Notes under the pieces: generated by a model
What the model was told of the DNA's origin: nothing
Seen by the model: the letters and a program-made list of their open reading frames with translations, nothing else
Databases searched by the model: none
Shown: positions 13,601-26,648 of the stretch, piece after piece
Layout of the letters: every line of letters starts with the position of its first letter
Numbering within the stretch: position 1 is the first letter of the stretch
Origin: Antedon mediterranea
Lineage: Eukaryota > Animalia > Echinodermata
NCBI RefSeq assembly: GCF_964355755.1
Contig: NC_092680.1
Location: 20,159,045 to 20,223,044, forward strand
Length of the DNA stretch: 64,000 nucleotides
Direction of reading: 5' to 3'
Position numbers and translations under genes: made by a program

Positions 13601-16600
13601 TACAAAGTATTGTTCGTTGCCTACAATGTATTGTTTATGATAATATCTACGCGTCGATACACCAATGTCATCGCCTTTAGGAGCATGAACAATGGAAACA
13701 AACATGTATTTGTTGGCTAATTAAAATCCTAGAAGACGTTAATTTTTGTAGCCGCCCTACACATCGGTTGTCCTAATTTGGCAGGACATCCGCTGACGAG
13801 ACGACATCGGGCCCGAGGCCCTCAACTCACGCAGAGAGAGTTTCGGCGGCCTACAGTACATGATTCAATCCGGCCATTCAATCCTACCTTGGTTTAGCGA
13901 ATTATAAAAACAACAACACCTTGGCTAGGACGCAAACAAAATATATGCAAAATAAATATATATTCCATGTTAAAGATTTAACATAGGCCTTTGTAAATTA
14001 TTATTACGATAAAAGGCCCGACCAGAATTTGGAGGGGAAAAACGTGCGAATCGTGGGAACAGTTTATAGAGCTGTATTATGTTTCATGTGACGCAAAATT
14101 CAGGTACAAGTACTCTGTTTTGTAGCCACGTGGTAAAACAGAGTATCGCGTTTCATGACATGTGACCAAAAAACTAGGTCTGTATTAATTACGGTCTTCT
14201 GTCGGCAGTCTTTTTGAGCGACCGATTGAACGTTCTGATACTATATTTAGAATGAATTGTTTACGATCTTTTTGTTTGCATGTTTTTGGATCGACTGGAC
14301 GTTCGATATATTATTTTTATTAGTTGGCATAGTTCATTGTGTTGGATCGTGTCTCGTATACGTTTACATTGTAGGAAATTTATATTCACCGTTGTTGAGA
14401 GTAAAAAAACACACACGAATGAAACATTTACGAATAAAAAATATTATATTATATATTTCTTAGTAATGTACAAATTGGTCCTCTTCCGCCAGTCAAAATT
14501 AACACATTAAATAATAATTTTCACACCTTGTTACTTACTATAGAACATCGTGAGGTTGTTTATTGAGGTTACTAACGAAGCCAAACAATGTAACCTACAA
14601 AGCCAACAACGTAGCCTGTTTTATCTACGAAGCTACTTCGTAGGAAAAGCTGCGGTATTTTCTCTGATATATAATTTTCGATATTAATCAGAATCTGGAA
14701 TAAAGTATTAAATCTACTGATAAACAATACTGCTGTTTAATCTATATAATGAATTTATTATATATATCATTAATTACATTATTTAGTAATCATGATATAA
14801 CCATTATACTGCCTAAAAAATGCTGATGGCTGCGCGGCGACAATCCTTATCTGCTGCGCCCGCCCTGGCTAACTTCTGTGTACGGCGGTACAATTGTTTT
14901 TTTATATTCCTTCTTTAAAACGGAGGTGATTTTCCACGAGGTTTGTGTCGTCCGCGCGTCACACTGTGCTGTGTATTTGGTGTCCTTTTGTGTGATTGGG
15001 TAAGGCAGCATACAATAAATGGACGAACTTCCAATCACAACGAGTGTAAAATGTTTAGGGGCTTTGTACGCTTGAATGAACCTGACTCCTTTGCGGCGGC
15101 GGTGACTAGTGGAAACTCCTGAGCCTTCCGTAGAGTAGAGAGAGATTAAATTACAACACAGTTAAATAGGGAAAACACACCTGACTTCAATTTGAAACAA
15201 CTCGCACAAGCAGACGATCTTGTCGCGCTATGCGCGACCTATTCTGTTGCTTTAGTCGCAAACAGAAAAATTAGGTCGCAAATGCGACCAAATACCCCTT
15301 AATTTGCAGCCCTGGTATAGGTATAAAGATTAGGATTTTAAAGATAAGTTACATTTTATTTAAATGTTTTTTAATAATTTCATTTCAATAGTTATTTTTC
15401 TCAATATTATTCTTCATCGATTCTTCTAGGCAAGAATAATTGTCTGATAAAGTTTCTGGACGATCTTAGAAATTCAATCACTCTACTGCAATCAAGTGTA
15501 TTTTTCAAGTGTCCAATATAAAGTAAAAGCACAGTGTTTAACACTATACTAAACACTAGGAACAGTGTTAATACTATTATTATGTATGCATAGTCATTTC
15601 CATATTCCTCTTTTGGTTGTTCAATACATGGTAGTGGTGGGTTAACAATCTTAAGCGTCACAGGATTGTCACAAGGACGAGCTGGCTCTGTAAAGTCATT
15701 TTCAATTGTGCAGTTAATTATTGAATTATTCAGTTTTTCCTTTGCAATGAATTCGGTTGTAACCCATAGGTGGGTATCATTATAACAATGTGATGCTATC
15801 AATGATGTTGATTTCTTTCTTTCGATTATTAACAAATCAATGTTGTCTGGGGGAGACTTCTTCTCAGTGATGCAAGTTGCACGTACCGTATCATTCACCT
15901 CATACTCTGACTTTGACAGCTTACATATAGGATAAGGCTCACCTGTGATTTCTCGTACAGTTAAAAAAGCTTTATCTGAAAACTCGCTTTTAACTTTGCA
16001 TTGATAATATCCTTTATCCCGACGTTCCACTACTTTTATGTGAATACTGTATGTCTGAACATTTGCCTCAATGCTAAAATTATAGTGTGGGTCATTATCT
16101 TCAATCTTTTCACCATCTTTCCACCAGGTTAAATCGTTTCTCTTGGCCTTTAAAGCGCATGTAAATTTAGTAGCAGTGCTTCCTTCATTAACTGTTTCAT
16201 TACCTGGTTGTGATGCATATACCTCACTCTCAGCATTAACTGCCAATGTCATAAAACAAACGATTGCTGTAAAATTGTACATTGTTTTCTTGATTTTGAC
16301 CAGCAATGGCGTAATATTGCCTGCTTAGTGTTTTTACATTCAATTTTGCAATAACACAAATAGTATAATATTGAATCTCTATTGACTATCTACAGTAAAA
16401 GACTTGTAAAAGAAATTCTTTTCTATTGTTATTCAGTCATGTGTATACATATCCTAGTAACATTATATGTCTAAACAGTCATAAACAATGTCAATACTTT
16501 ACCACCATTTTTACAAATGATCCTTTTGAACTACCGTAAATGATTTAAAATTGTCTTGTGTGTTTACTACTACTCAACCGTGACACCAGTCACCAATTAC

Positions 16601-19600
16601 AGAGTTCAACATTTGTAATTTTTCTCTGCAGCACATTTACATTAACATGAGTACATTATATTACAGTTTGGTCTGATGACAATTGGCTGAAGAAGCATGC
16701 AGGAGAGACATTAAAGAACCAGGAAGAAGGAGCTGAGAAAGAAACAGATGGTGAGAGTGCTGCTGGAGGAACTAAAAGACCTGCTGAAGATTCTGACCAG
16801 GTGAGTAGGTGTTGAAACACTTGCATATTGTAAGCAGGGTTTATACTCAAATATTTATAAGGTTGAGTTACATTCTGGAGAGTAAAATATCTTAAGCTCT
16901 GTCTACACTATCACACTAGTTTAACAAAAAAAAGTGTGATGTGCCCAAATATGGTAGTGATATGCCCAAATATAGTAGTGATATGCCCAAATATGGTAGT
17001 GATATGACATCATCATGTCCATATATGGGCACATCACATTTTAGTTCCCCTGATAATTAAGGCCTAGAACGCACAGTTGACCATGTCGATCTAGAAAGAA
17101 ATTTGATGCACTGTAGGTTGTGTTGATAACCTATATCGGCATGGTTGACCGTGAGGATATAAAATACTGCATGCATGGGCATATGTGGCTATAGAAAACT
17201 GTAAATTACATTTTTTGACCATGCATATAGCCTTATACAAATGTTAAGATAAATACCTACTGTATGTCAATATATTTAATTCGTACCACATATTCTTAAA
17301 TCATGCTTTACTCTATTCTTTGTATTGTCATTGAACTTTGAATTTTAAATACAATATCTGGTTAAATATACAGAAAGAAAAAATGAATTTCCCTTAAAAT
17401 TGTCAAATTTTGCTATAAAAACCAGATACCTTTTATAGTAGTTAGATAGTTTAACCTAATGTAATAACCTGTCTGGTGACTCCTTAGAAAGTGGGTATAC
17501 AGTGGATAATTTTTGTTATAGCATGAAAATAAAAAATTAAAGACACCTTCCCTACAATTTGTGATGTTTATATATAACTTTAAAAACATTAAACCAGGTC
17601 ATTCCTTGTCTTAAATGTACGTTTTATGGTAAATTATGATAAACAGTGAGAATAAACAATGCACTACCTAAGTATCTCGCGGCGAATGACCTCTCCTGGA
17701 CGGTCTTTAGGCCTAGCCAAGCTAGGCTTAGTTTTGTAGGCCTAGCTGGTAAACATCGGTAACGTACAAACATCGTACGCTAGCTACATACCTAGCCTGA
17801 CGTTGTATAGTTGCTGCATTAATTTATTAATTGTCTTTCTATTTTTGCCAGACTCCGTTGATACAAAGTGGGGAAAACCCGGTATTTTCGCTGAAAAGTT
17901 AGGAGTCTTCCATTTGTTTTGGCCTCACGATCGATCGAAAAGTGGGTGAATTACAGAAGAAAAACAAAAATATCAATCCACGCGCAATGCATTTTGAGAT
18001 TTATAGCAGGCCGCTATAATTATTAGAATCGACTTATTTTTCACATTTTTAACCAGGACCATATAGTATTAATTTTACATTAAATATAGTTTGTGATCTT
18101 AAATTAGATCTAAAAAACGTAGGGAAGGTGTCTTTAAATAAAAACACCGCGCCTGGCCTTTAATGTGTATTCTTGTTAGCCAATGTCATAATCAGAATGT
18201 TTTTAGCATGGACATGGAAAAACAAATTTTTAGTGTCCCTTTCACGCACAGTATTGTTTACAAAATTGTTTATTCTCAAAATAAAAGGTAAAACTATTTT
18301 ATTTCCTAAAATTGTTGTTATTGTAGGCTGCAGGATCAGGACAAAAGAGGGCAAAGGTCAACCCTCAAGTGTACTTTGACATTAAATGTGGAAAGAAGGA
18401 AGCTGGTAGAATAATCATGCAGCTAAGGAGTGATGTTGTTCCCATGACTGCAGGTAGACTTTTCCTTCCCAATATTTTTTTCAGGCAGCTAGGGAGTGAT
18501 AATTGCTTTTTCTTTTCACAATGTACCTTTTTTAAACTTCATATACATGAGATAAATCTCAAACAATCACTGCAATATTTTACTTTAAACATCAATGTAA
18601 TTGCGTAATTGTATTTTTACTTTCTTAATTATTTTTTTTCAGAGAATTTTCGTTGTTTGTGTACGCATGAAAAAGGGTATGGTTACAAGGGAAGCATATT
18701 TCATCGCATTATTCCAAAATTTGTATCCTTTTCAGATGTTAAAAAACAGATATTGGCTTATTATTACCAATGAAAATAATTTTTCCTGAAACGATTTTTG
18801 ATCAAAGTGCCTATCATTAAAAAAAAATGTTTCAAAAAAATTATTTTTTCAGAACAATATATCTTTAATATACTGTATAAACGTAATTACTTTCTATATT
18901 TTAATTTTTATCAGGTAAACATATTGTTATCCATCATTTTTTCCTTAACAAGATCTTTTGTAGATGTGTCAGGGAGGCGATTTCACCAATCACAATGGGA
19001 CTGGTGGGAAGTCAATATATGGGAAGAAATTTAATGATGAAAACTTTGTACTGAAACACACAAAACCTGGATTGCTATCGATGGCAAACTCTGGACCTGG
19101 TACCAACGGATCACAGTTCTTCTTGACAACAGAAAAAACTGAATGGTTAGAAACTAATAATAATTTATTATTTAAAACAGTGTACTTTACTTTCCCAAAA
19201 CCAGACACATCGGAGCTAGCCCAAAATGTCTGGTTGCCCAGAAAGTTTAGTTTTCATAATGCGCTAAATTGTAGGAAAGAATGTCTGACCATCGGAGAGC
19301 TTAAAATAACTTCTCTGTGAGTTTTTTGAGAGTTAACGTTTCTTAGGAGAATAGTCCGGTTTTGGTATTAAAGTTACTATGATTTCTTGGAAAAATGTCA
19401 TTACTTTTTAATTTAAAATGTATATTTTATAATTTACCATGTCAAGAACTCAAATTCTAGTAAACATGACAATAAAGTTGATCTTGTTAAGTTCAGAGTT
19501 CAGCACTTTCTCTAACTTTTTTAACAATTTAAAAAATAACTTGTTGGAACTGAAATCATCATTATAATATTGATATTATTTTTCTTAATATGAATTCTTT

Positions 19601-20393
19601 TTTTTTTATCATAAGGATTTATTAATATTCAACCACTGACTTTTTGTACATATTAGAGAGGTTTCGCAATCTTACGAATACGATAACGAAAACGGATACG
19701 TCACGCACACGTATTCGTTTTCGTAAGCCATAAAAAAATCTGTTTCGCATGGCAATGAAATATTGAGGCGCGTCCAAAATATGACTTCGGTAAATTTGAA
19801 CGAAGCGAAGGTACGTGTTGCTTGGTGCTTGGCTGCCTAGGCCTACCGTAACATCAAAGCGAGTGAGGACTTTAAAAACTGCTATTTATCTAAATTGACC
19901 TGGCATTTTAGTAAATTACTTTAGTAAATTACTTTCAATAAATCTATAATTATATTATAATCATGAATCATTCCTACTTCAAATGCAAAATGTGCAAAAT
20001 AGATCAAAAACTATACTCGTTTTGTAGTTACGACTGGTGATATTCGTCAACACGAATACGCTTTACGAATATGAAATGGGGATCAGCTCAAAAGTTTCAC
20101 AAATGTATGACGTATCCGTTTTCGTTATCGTATTCGTAAGGTTGCGAAACCTCCCTAGTAATAATAAATATAACTGGTGCACAAAAACAAAATATATACA
20201 AAAGCAAAAAAGTATTTCATTTTTCATAGACTTCAAATGTTTTGGTTTTTTTTTCAGGTTAGATGGAAAACATGTTGTCTTTGGAGAGGTAATCGAGGGG
20301 ATGAACGTAGTGAGAGCGATGGAAAAACTAGGATCTCAATCTGGAAAACCATCTACAAAGGTTACCATCGCTGACTGTGGAGAGCTGGTATGA
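10659..20393 (+). CDS. PPIE: Peptidyl-prolyl isomerase E (cyclophilin-33; RRM + cyclophilin), 314 aa; exons 10659-10692, 11281-11423, 12462-12488, 12832-12913, 16667-16800, 18327-18453, 18643-18722, 18964-19145, 20258-20393
   Basis: RRM: [27 protein letters not shown]...[37 protein letters not shown]. Linker: [10 protein letters not shown]. Cyclophilin: [28 protein letters not shown]...[10 protein letters not shown]. Total 945 nt, phases consistent. Confidence 0.95.
11861..12450. repeat. 54-bp tandem repeat, about 11 copies, in PPIE intron 2
   Basis: Unit tatatgttgcctatgcttaatacatatctatacagcttctaacact(a/c)tttattt starts at 11861, 11915 ... 12401. Confidence 0.97.
13157..15314. mobile_element. 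Non-autonomous TIR element, hAT-like termini, 5-bp TSD (GTATA)
   Basis: CAGGGCTGCAAATTAA at 13157 and TTAATTTGCAGCCCTG ending at 15314; gtata on both flanks; subterminal ggtagcac and gtcgca repeats; no long ORF. Confidence 0.8.
15407..16306 (-). CDS. Ig receptor copy A: signal peptide, 2 Ig-like domains, TM, short tail; nested antisense in PPIE intron 4
   Basis: Intact 299-aa single-exon ORF with KFTC...WWKDG...DKGYYQC (I/V-set Ig), a second Cys-paired domain, and the hydrophobic stretch [23 protein letters not shown]. Confidence 0.85.
   Translation of the reverse strand: MLVKIKKTMYNFTAIVCFMTLAVNAESEVYASQPGNETVNEGSTATKFTCALKAKRNDLTWWKDGEKIEDNDPHYNFSIEANVQTYSIHIKVVERRDKGYYQCKVKSEFSDKAFLTVREITGEPYPICKLSKSEYEVNDTVRATCITEKKSPPDNIDLLIIERKKSTSLIASHCYNDTHLWVTTEFIAKEKLNNSIINCTIENDFTEPARPCDNPVTLKIVNPPLPCIEQPKEEYGNDYAYIIIVLTLFLVFSIVLNTVLLLYIGHLKNTLDCSRVIEFLRSSRNFIRQLFLPRRIDEE
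16895..17042. mobile_element. MITE family A, copy 4 (one TIR, truncated)
   Basis: tta|agctctgtctacactatcacact followed by 21-bp gtagtgatatgcccaaatatg repeats. Confidence 0.7.
17541..18133. mobile_element. Kolobok-like MITE with TTAA TSD
   Basis: ttaa|AGACACCTTCCCTAC ... GTAGGGAAGGTGTCT|ttaa. Confidence 0.8.
18723..18963 (+). other. U12-type (minor spliceosome) GT-AG intron of PPIE
   Basis: 5' splice site GTATCCTTTT; branch site TTCCTTAAC at 18941-18949, about 14 nt before the AG. Confidence 0.93.
19655..20156. mobile_element. MITE family B (TIR AG(A/G)GAGGTTTCGCAA(T/C)CTTACGAATACGATAACGAAAACGGATACG), copy 1
   Basis: Long TIRs; a second, inverted copy lies at 52931-54929. Confidence 0.85.
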
Positions 20394-20961
20394 AGAAAGA
20401 AGAAAATGTGATAAGATGAAGAAAAGTAGCTGTGATTGGCCAGTGTGTCACTAAGACTTGCAGCAAGATCCTGATTGGTCTATTTGAAGTGTGTGCTTGT
20501 GATCCTGCAGTGTTGTATCTTATTACTGGTAGATACTTGGACAGGTTGTAGTAAGGTTCTTAGGTTTTGCACACTCAAACAGAACAGTGCATTGAAAAGT
20601 TAAAAATTGAAGTGATGTTAACCAGATTTAATAATTGTACCAAAGATATTTTCCTATTCTCACAGAATCATCTGAAGGTTAATTTTACAGTTTAACAAAT
20701 ACAATACAACAGTTCAACTATATAATTTCATTTTATTTATTACGCAATGTATAGATGTAATATAATAAGCCTCTATTTTAATTACTGTTGCACAAAAAGC
20801 TAAATTAAAACCCATCCTTTATTCAAAGCAAATTCAAACAAAATGTAAATTTCTTTACTATAGTTGCACATAGGTTAAATTTGATATTTAATAAAGCATT
20901 TAAATCATAATTTGTTTGATTAAAATACAAAATGCAATACAATGACATTGTAACTAGTTAA

Positions 20962-21446
20962 CACATTGACTGCCAAGGCATTTTCCGTAATTTCTGTCCC
21001 AGTGCCAAGTCCCGTTTACATATTAAATTACAGTTTGAAAGTGTAACATCTGGTCATATATCTGACCCCCATCCTCTGACCCACCCTATCATCGAGAGAT
21101 AAAAACAGTAAACCATACTGAATCATTTCATCCTTTATTATTTTTATTTACTATTAGCGCAATTTATGACATGTTTGAGATGATTATATTGAGTGTGAGG
21201 GCGCCATCGTATCAACCATATTCAATGCATGAGGGAATAAACACAAACAAACATATGACATTTATTTTTAGATTATCGTTTACGTACATCATTCATAAAC
21301 TGCCATGCGATAATTCCTGTTCCAATCACCACTGCCAGCGATTCTACATACAATACAAAAGTGCTACGATTTTGACGTAGTATTACGTCTTGGCAAGTAG
21401 CGAAACGCAATTTTTGACGTATAAATACGCCGTGGCAGTGAACGTG
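20962..21446. mobile_element. piggyBac-like MITE with TTAA TSD
   Basis: ttaa|CACATTGACTGCCA ... TGGCAGTGAACGTG|ttaa (imperfect TIR). Confidence 0.7.
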
Positions 21447-21890
21447 TTAAGTAAAATAAAATTTTAATCTATGCAAAATGAAAAATGTCGAGAGTGTCAG
21501 AAATTTGAATTATTTTTTTTTGTATTTAAACTATAAATTTAACCATGTTGATCTGTATTTTGTTAATGGACATTACTCTTTCCAGGTTTGAATATTAACA
21601 TTATACAGTACATATAACATAATACTAACTATATTTCTATTAATAATATTGTTTAAAAATGTTAGTAATTAAAATGGTAGTGTAATGTTTGTTCTTATTT
21701 AAATATTTCTGCTATATCAATTCAGTTCAGGAATTTATATTTTTTTTCTTTTTTGCTTTGTAAATGTTGTGGTTGAAGCTCAAAGTTTCTTACTTTTCTT
21801 TTTTTTCAAGGCTATTTTAATTGTAACTGTATTTTATTATCCTCTTTTTAAATATAAATTGCATAAATCTGTGTTAATTTGGTATCCATG

Positions 21891-22964
21891 TTAAAATGTT
21901 TTTGTTGGCACTTCAGTTCCTTTGTCTGACTTGTTACCTTCCATTAAGGGAATGTCATCATTGTTTGACTGGGGTCTCCGACACTTATTATACATAATAT
22001 ACAAACAAGACCTAACAATAAATGGTAACACAGTGAATACTATTTGAAATACAAGTATTGTAATCAATAAATTTCTAATAGTATCTGTATGTTCTTTGTA
22101 CTTGCATTCACATTTACACCTATCTGTTGGCTTATCTTCTGGTTTATCTGTTGCTGATTCTGTACTTCTATTTGTGCCTTCTGTAGGTGCAGATGGTGTT
22201 GGCATTTCTTTGGTTGTAGTTGTTGGATAAGTGGCAATGATCTTGTTGCAACTTCGAGGTGCAATATTAATAGAAATGTCTGAGTTGGAAATTGTGCAAA
22301 TTGCTTTCTTTCGTTTTGGATCTGCTTTAAACTCTGATGTGGCCCATAGATGTGTTGCATTACCACATTGACATGTAGTGTCTAGTTTATCAGATGTTGG
22401 CGTTGACATATGTACCTCATGTGAGATTGATAGCTTTTCATATTCTGCCTCAGAATGTATTTTATAAGGCGGTGACTTAAAAGATTCATGGTGTTCTGCC
22501 TTAAAATCTATATCATCAGCAGGCCACTTGTTCTCTGTGATACAAGTCATTTCCACCATCTCATATTCTTCATACACTGACTTTGACAACTCACATATAG
22601 GATAAGGCTCACCTGTGATTTCAAATACTGTTAGCCATGCTTTTTCAGATTCTTCTGTTTTTCCATCCTTCGATACTTTACATTGACCTTTATCTGTGCG
22701 TTGTACTGTGTTTATTTCCAAAGTAGTTTTTTTCATCTGATTTTCATTCCACCAATTGTAATGTTCATCTTTTGTAATATTTGTGGAATTTTTCATTCAC
22801 ATTATTGTTTCAGGTTGCACATCCAAAAGGCATGTAAACCTGACATTAGTGTCTCCTTCTTTGATTGTATCATGTCGAGTTACCGGTCCTCGTTGAATAA
22901 GTTCACAATTCACCAAATAAATGTAAAAAAGTAAACAAAAAGTACTTTTGATTGTAAAAAGCAT
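21891..22964 (-). pseudogene. Ig receptor copy B, probable pseudogene
   Basis: ATG at 22964 gives the signal peptide MLFTIKSTFCLLFYIYLVNCE. The conserved Ig Trp codon is TGA (22799-22797) and YY is missing from DKG(YY)QC. The rest is open through a Thr-rich stalk, CKCEC, TM and tail. Confidence 0.8.
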
Positions 22965-24132
22965 TGTGGTAGGTTACAGTATTATTTTGTCTGCAGGCTC
23001 TTTCTCCAATTGAATGAAAGCAGCTATCAACCAACTGTCCAACTAAGGAATATTTCGATTTCTTACACCTAGCACCAATATACATGAATAACTTCATTAT
23101 TTAATACCATTGTTTGTGATACAAATGTTCTTTGTAATTTTATAATGATATCAATCAATATACCCTAGGCCATTATTGGAATAATAAACATTACAAATTG
23201 TTTGTTTACATAGAGGAACCATAACAATACTGTAATCTGGTTTTATAATGGTAAATATAGAGATATGTCTATGTTTTACCACCAAATTGATATCAGTGGT
23301 TGCTTTTATGTGTTGCATATTTTAACATCTATGTTATGCCATTGCATTTTCTTCTTTATCAATTTCTGACCTAGTAACACAATTCATTTCCTACCATAAG
23401 ATGTCAAGAATAATGAGATAAAATTTAAAAGTTTTGCACCTATGTCTTCTGGTATTTCTTGACAGTTTATCATTGCTGTAGGCTTAATTTTCCTTCTAAT
23501 GGTTATCTTTTGTAATTATAGTAATTTTTAATTATCATTTTTTAAGGATGGAACTCTATGAAAATATAGTAGTCTACATGACTTAATCCTAACTATTGTT
23601 ATTACAACAAATAAAAAATCAAGCATCATATTAGAATTGACAACCTTAAGATTAGTGTTACATACTGTATTTTTCTTTATAATAACATGTTATTTTCATT
23701 GATTAATAATGGGACATCTGATGGGAGGAAATCTCAAATTGCTTGCTTTGTCTGCCTACTGTTGTAGTAGACAAGTGCTAGGATGGATAAGAATAGTAAC
23801 AGATTTATATTATGCAATCCATCTAATGTCTTCTATGTTGCATTCACATGTACCATTAGGATCCTTCTGAATCTGTTCATAACAAAAAGAATATAGAACT
23901 GTGAAAGTAAACCATATTAATATCAAATTGTCATTAATTATTCATTATTCAAAACATCAATTTGCAAAAAAATATCTATGTATGATTAAATGTATTTTAG
24001 TTGTCTTACTTTATATTAATATAACTTTTTTTATATAATATAACTTCTGGAACTTTAGTAAACGATTATCCATTCATTTTTACATTCACATTTATTGTAC
24101 ACTCATTGTACTTGACATCTGTTTCTTTGTTA

Positions 24133-24885
24133 TCAACTGTTTCCCTTTTTACCCATTGCCATTCCTATGCTTACCTTTGTATTAGGAAGTTGTTGTAGAG
24201 TTGTTGGTGTTTCTGTGATATTTGTTGGTGAATGAATCAAAAGACTCTTGTCACAATACCGAGCGACACTAGAAATTGTATAGTTGAATATTTTACAAAC
24301 TATCTTTGTATTATTTAGTTTTGAATTTGCCTTAAACTCTGATGTGGCCCATAAATGTGTAGCATTACCACAATGACATGTAGTCTTTAAGGGTTTAGTT
24401 TTGTCCTGATATTCTGTATAAAAGTCAATATCATCAGGAGGCCACTTGTTCTCTGTGATACAAGTCATATACACCATCTCGCATTTCCCATACTCAGGCT
24501 TTGACAGCTCACAAATAGGATAAGGCTCTCTTGTGATTTCTAATACTTTCAAGTATGTTCTTGCAGATTCTTCTGGTCTTTTACCTTTCCAGACTTTACA
24601 TTGATAATAGCCTTTATCTGTACGTTGTACTGTGTTTATTGTCAAAATAGCTTTTTTTGTCATCTCATCATACGTCATTCTGTAATGTTCATCTTGTGTT
24701 ATATTTTCTGAATCTTTCATCCACTCGTACTTGTCAGGTGCCACGGTGAAAAGGCATGTGAACTTGGTTTTAGTGCTTCCTTCAGTGACTTGTTGTGTTT
24801 CTTCACTTTCTGGTTGTAGAATAAGTTTCTCACCATTCGCCAAATAAATGTAAAAAAGTAAACAAATATTAAGATTTAACATCAT
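24133..24885 (-). CDS. Ig receptor copy C: signal peptide + 2 Ig domains + stalk, no in-frame TM (secreted form or decaying gene)
   Basis: 250-aa ORF. Out-of-frame CEC/TM remnants lie downstream at about 24060-24110 and 23720-23872. Confidence 0.65.
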   Translation of the reverse strand: MMLNLNICLLFYIYLANGEKLILQPESEETQQVTEGSTKTKFTCLFTVAPDKYEWMKDSENITQDEHYRMTYDEMTKKAILTINTVQRTDKGYYQCKVWKGKRPEESARTYLKVLEITREPYPICELSKPEYGKCEMVYMTCITENKWPPDDIDFYTEYQDKTKPLKTTCHCGNATHLWATSEFKANSKLNNTKIVCKIFNYTISSVARYCDKSLLIHSPTNITETPTTLQQLPNTKVSIGMAMGKKGNS

Positions 24886-25609
24886 CGTGGTAGTGCAAAG
24901 AGATGGGTAGTTGTATGCAGTGTTAGTCCTACAACAGTTTTGTCAAAAATGTTTATACCAGCACGTCAGCAGCAACTCGAATTAACCGCATCATTGATAT
25001 CATTGTTTACAATACAATGTTCTTTTGAATTTATTTGTCAAACTTCAACCATACACCATAATGTATTTATGTTATTGATTAGCAGTAAACAGTTGATGGG
25101 TTATTGAAAATTTGCTTACTTACTGTACTTCCCACATCTATCAAAATTACTGTTTTTGTTACTTTTCATCAAATGTTTCCTTCAGTCGCATATAAAATGT
25201 GAATTATCAGTAGAAAAATTTTGTGTAATTGACTTCAATGAGATGTTTTCTTTGATGCAAAATTCTATTAAGTTTACAAAAAAATGATACTTTTTGCAAT
25301 GGTTTTTCTGCTTTGAAAAAGAAAATTGTTATTAACCAGCAGTTACTGGTATTCTAGGTCTAGACTGTGATTCTGCTTAAAACAACCACATTTTGGCACA
25401 TATGGTATGTCATACATTTTTTTAATTTTTAATTTTTATTTCTTTATTCTGATATAAAATCAATAGGATAAAAACACAAATAACACAAATACATTTAATT
25501 GAAACTGATCATTTTCAGAACACTTTGTTTGAAGAGAAACCTCACGTTTTATATATTTACATATAACTATAAACCTATTAATTATGTAGATGTTTAAAAA
25601 AATTCAGTT

Positions 25610-26588
25610 GCAGAATTGTTTTCTATGTGTGTTTGAGGTGTACTTTAATTTTACTAAAAAGACATCAAAAACAAACTATCAGTATTGTGCACATTATATG
25701 CACATTATTATTATAACTAATAACAAAATAATCCATTTATTGTTACATTCACATGTGTACTTATTAGCATTTTTGTCTGTTGTTGTTTCTGTAGTTATCT
25801 TTGAACCTGGAGTTGTTGTCTCATCTGTCACCCTATCATCTGTTTCATCAGTGGTTGTTGTTGATTGAATGACAAGACTCTTGCTGCAATACCGAGCATC
25901 ACTAGAAATGTTATGGTTAAAAATTTTGCAAACTACCTCCATCAGTTTTGGATCTGCTTTAAACTCTGATGTTGCCCATATATGTGTTGCATTACCACAT
26001 TGGCATGTAGTGTCTAGTTTCTCAGATGTTGGCGTTGACATATGTACCTCATGTGAGATTGATAGCTTTTCATATTCTGCCTCAGAATGTATATTATAAG
26101 GCGGTGACTTAAAAGATTCATGGTGTTCTGCCTTAAAATCTATATCATCAGCAGGCCACTTGTTCTCTGTGATACAAGTCATTTCCACCATCTCACATTC
26201 TTCATACACTGACTTTGACAGCTCACAGATAGGATAAGGCTCACCTGTGATTTCAAATACTTCCAAATAGGCTCTTGCAGATTCTTGGTTTTTTCCATTC
26301 TTCCAGATTTTACATTGATAATAACCTTTATCTGTACGTTGTACTGTGTTTATTTCCAAAGTAGTTTTTTTCCACTGATTGTCAGTCCACCAATTGTAAT
26401 GTTCATCTTCTGTAATATCTCTGGAATTTTTCATCCACACTAATGTTTCGGGATTCACATTCAAAAGGCATGTAAACCTGATGTTGGTATCCCCTTCTTT
26501 GATTTTCTGGTCCTCGTAGAATAAGGTTTTCACCATTCACCAAGTAAATGTAACAAAGTATACAAATAGCATTTTTGATTAAATACAT
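25610..26588 (-). pseudogene. Ig receptor copy D, pseudogene
   Basis: The signal peptide MYLIKNAICILCYIYLVNGENLILRGPE is in a different frame from KIKEGDTNIRFTC (deletion near 26505). The TM is cut by an 11-bp duplication (ataatgtgca) and by stops. Confidence 0.8.
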
Positions 26589-26648
26589 TGTTGTGGTATG
26601 GTACTGCTGGTGTTGTTCTGTTAGTTTACACACAATCACTGCCCAACA

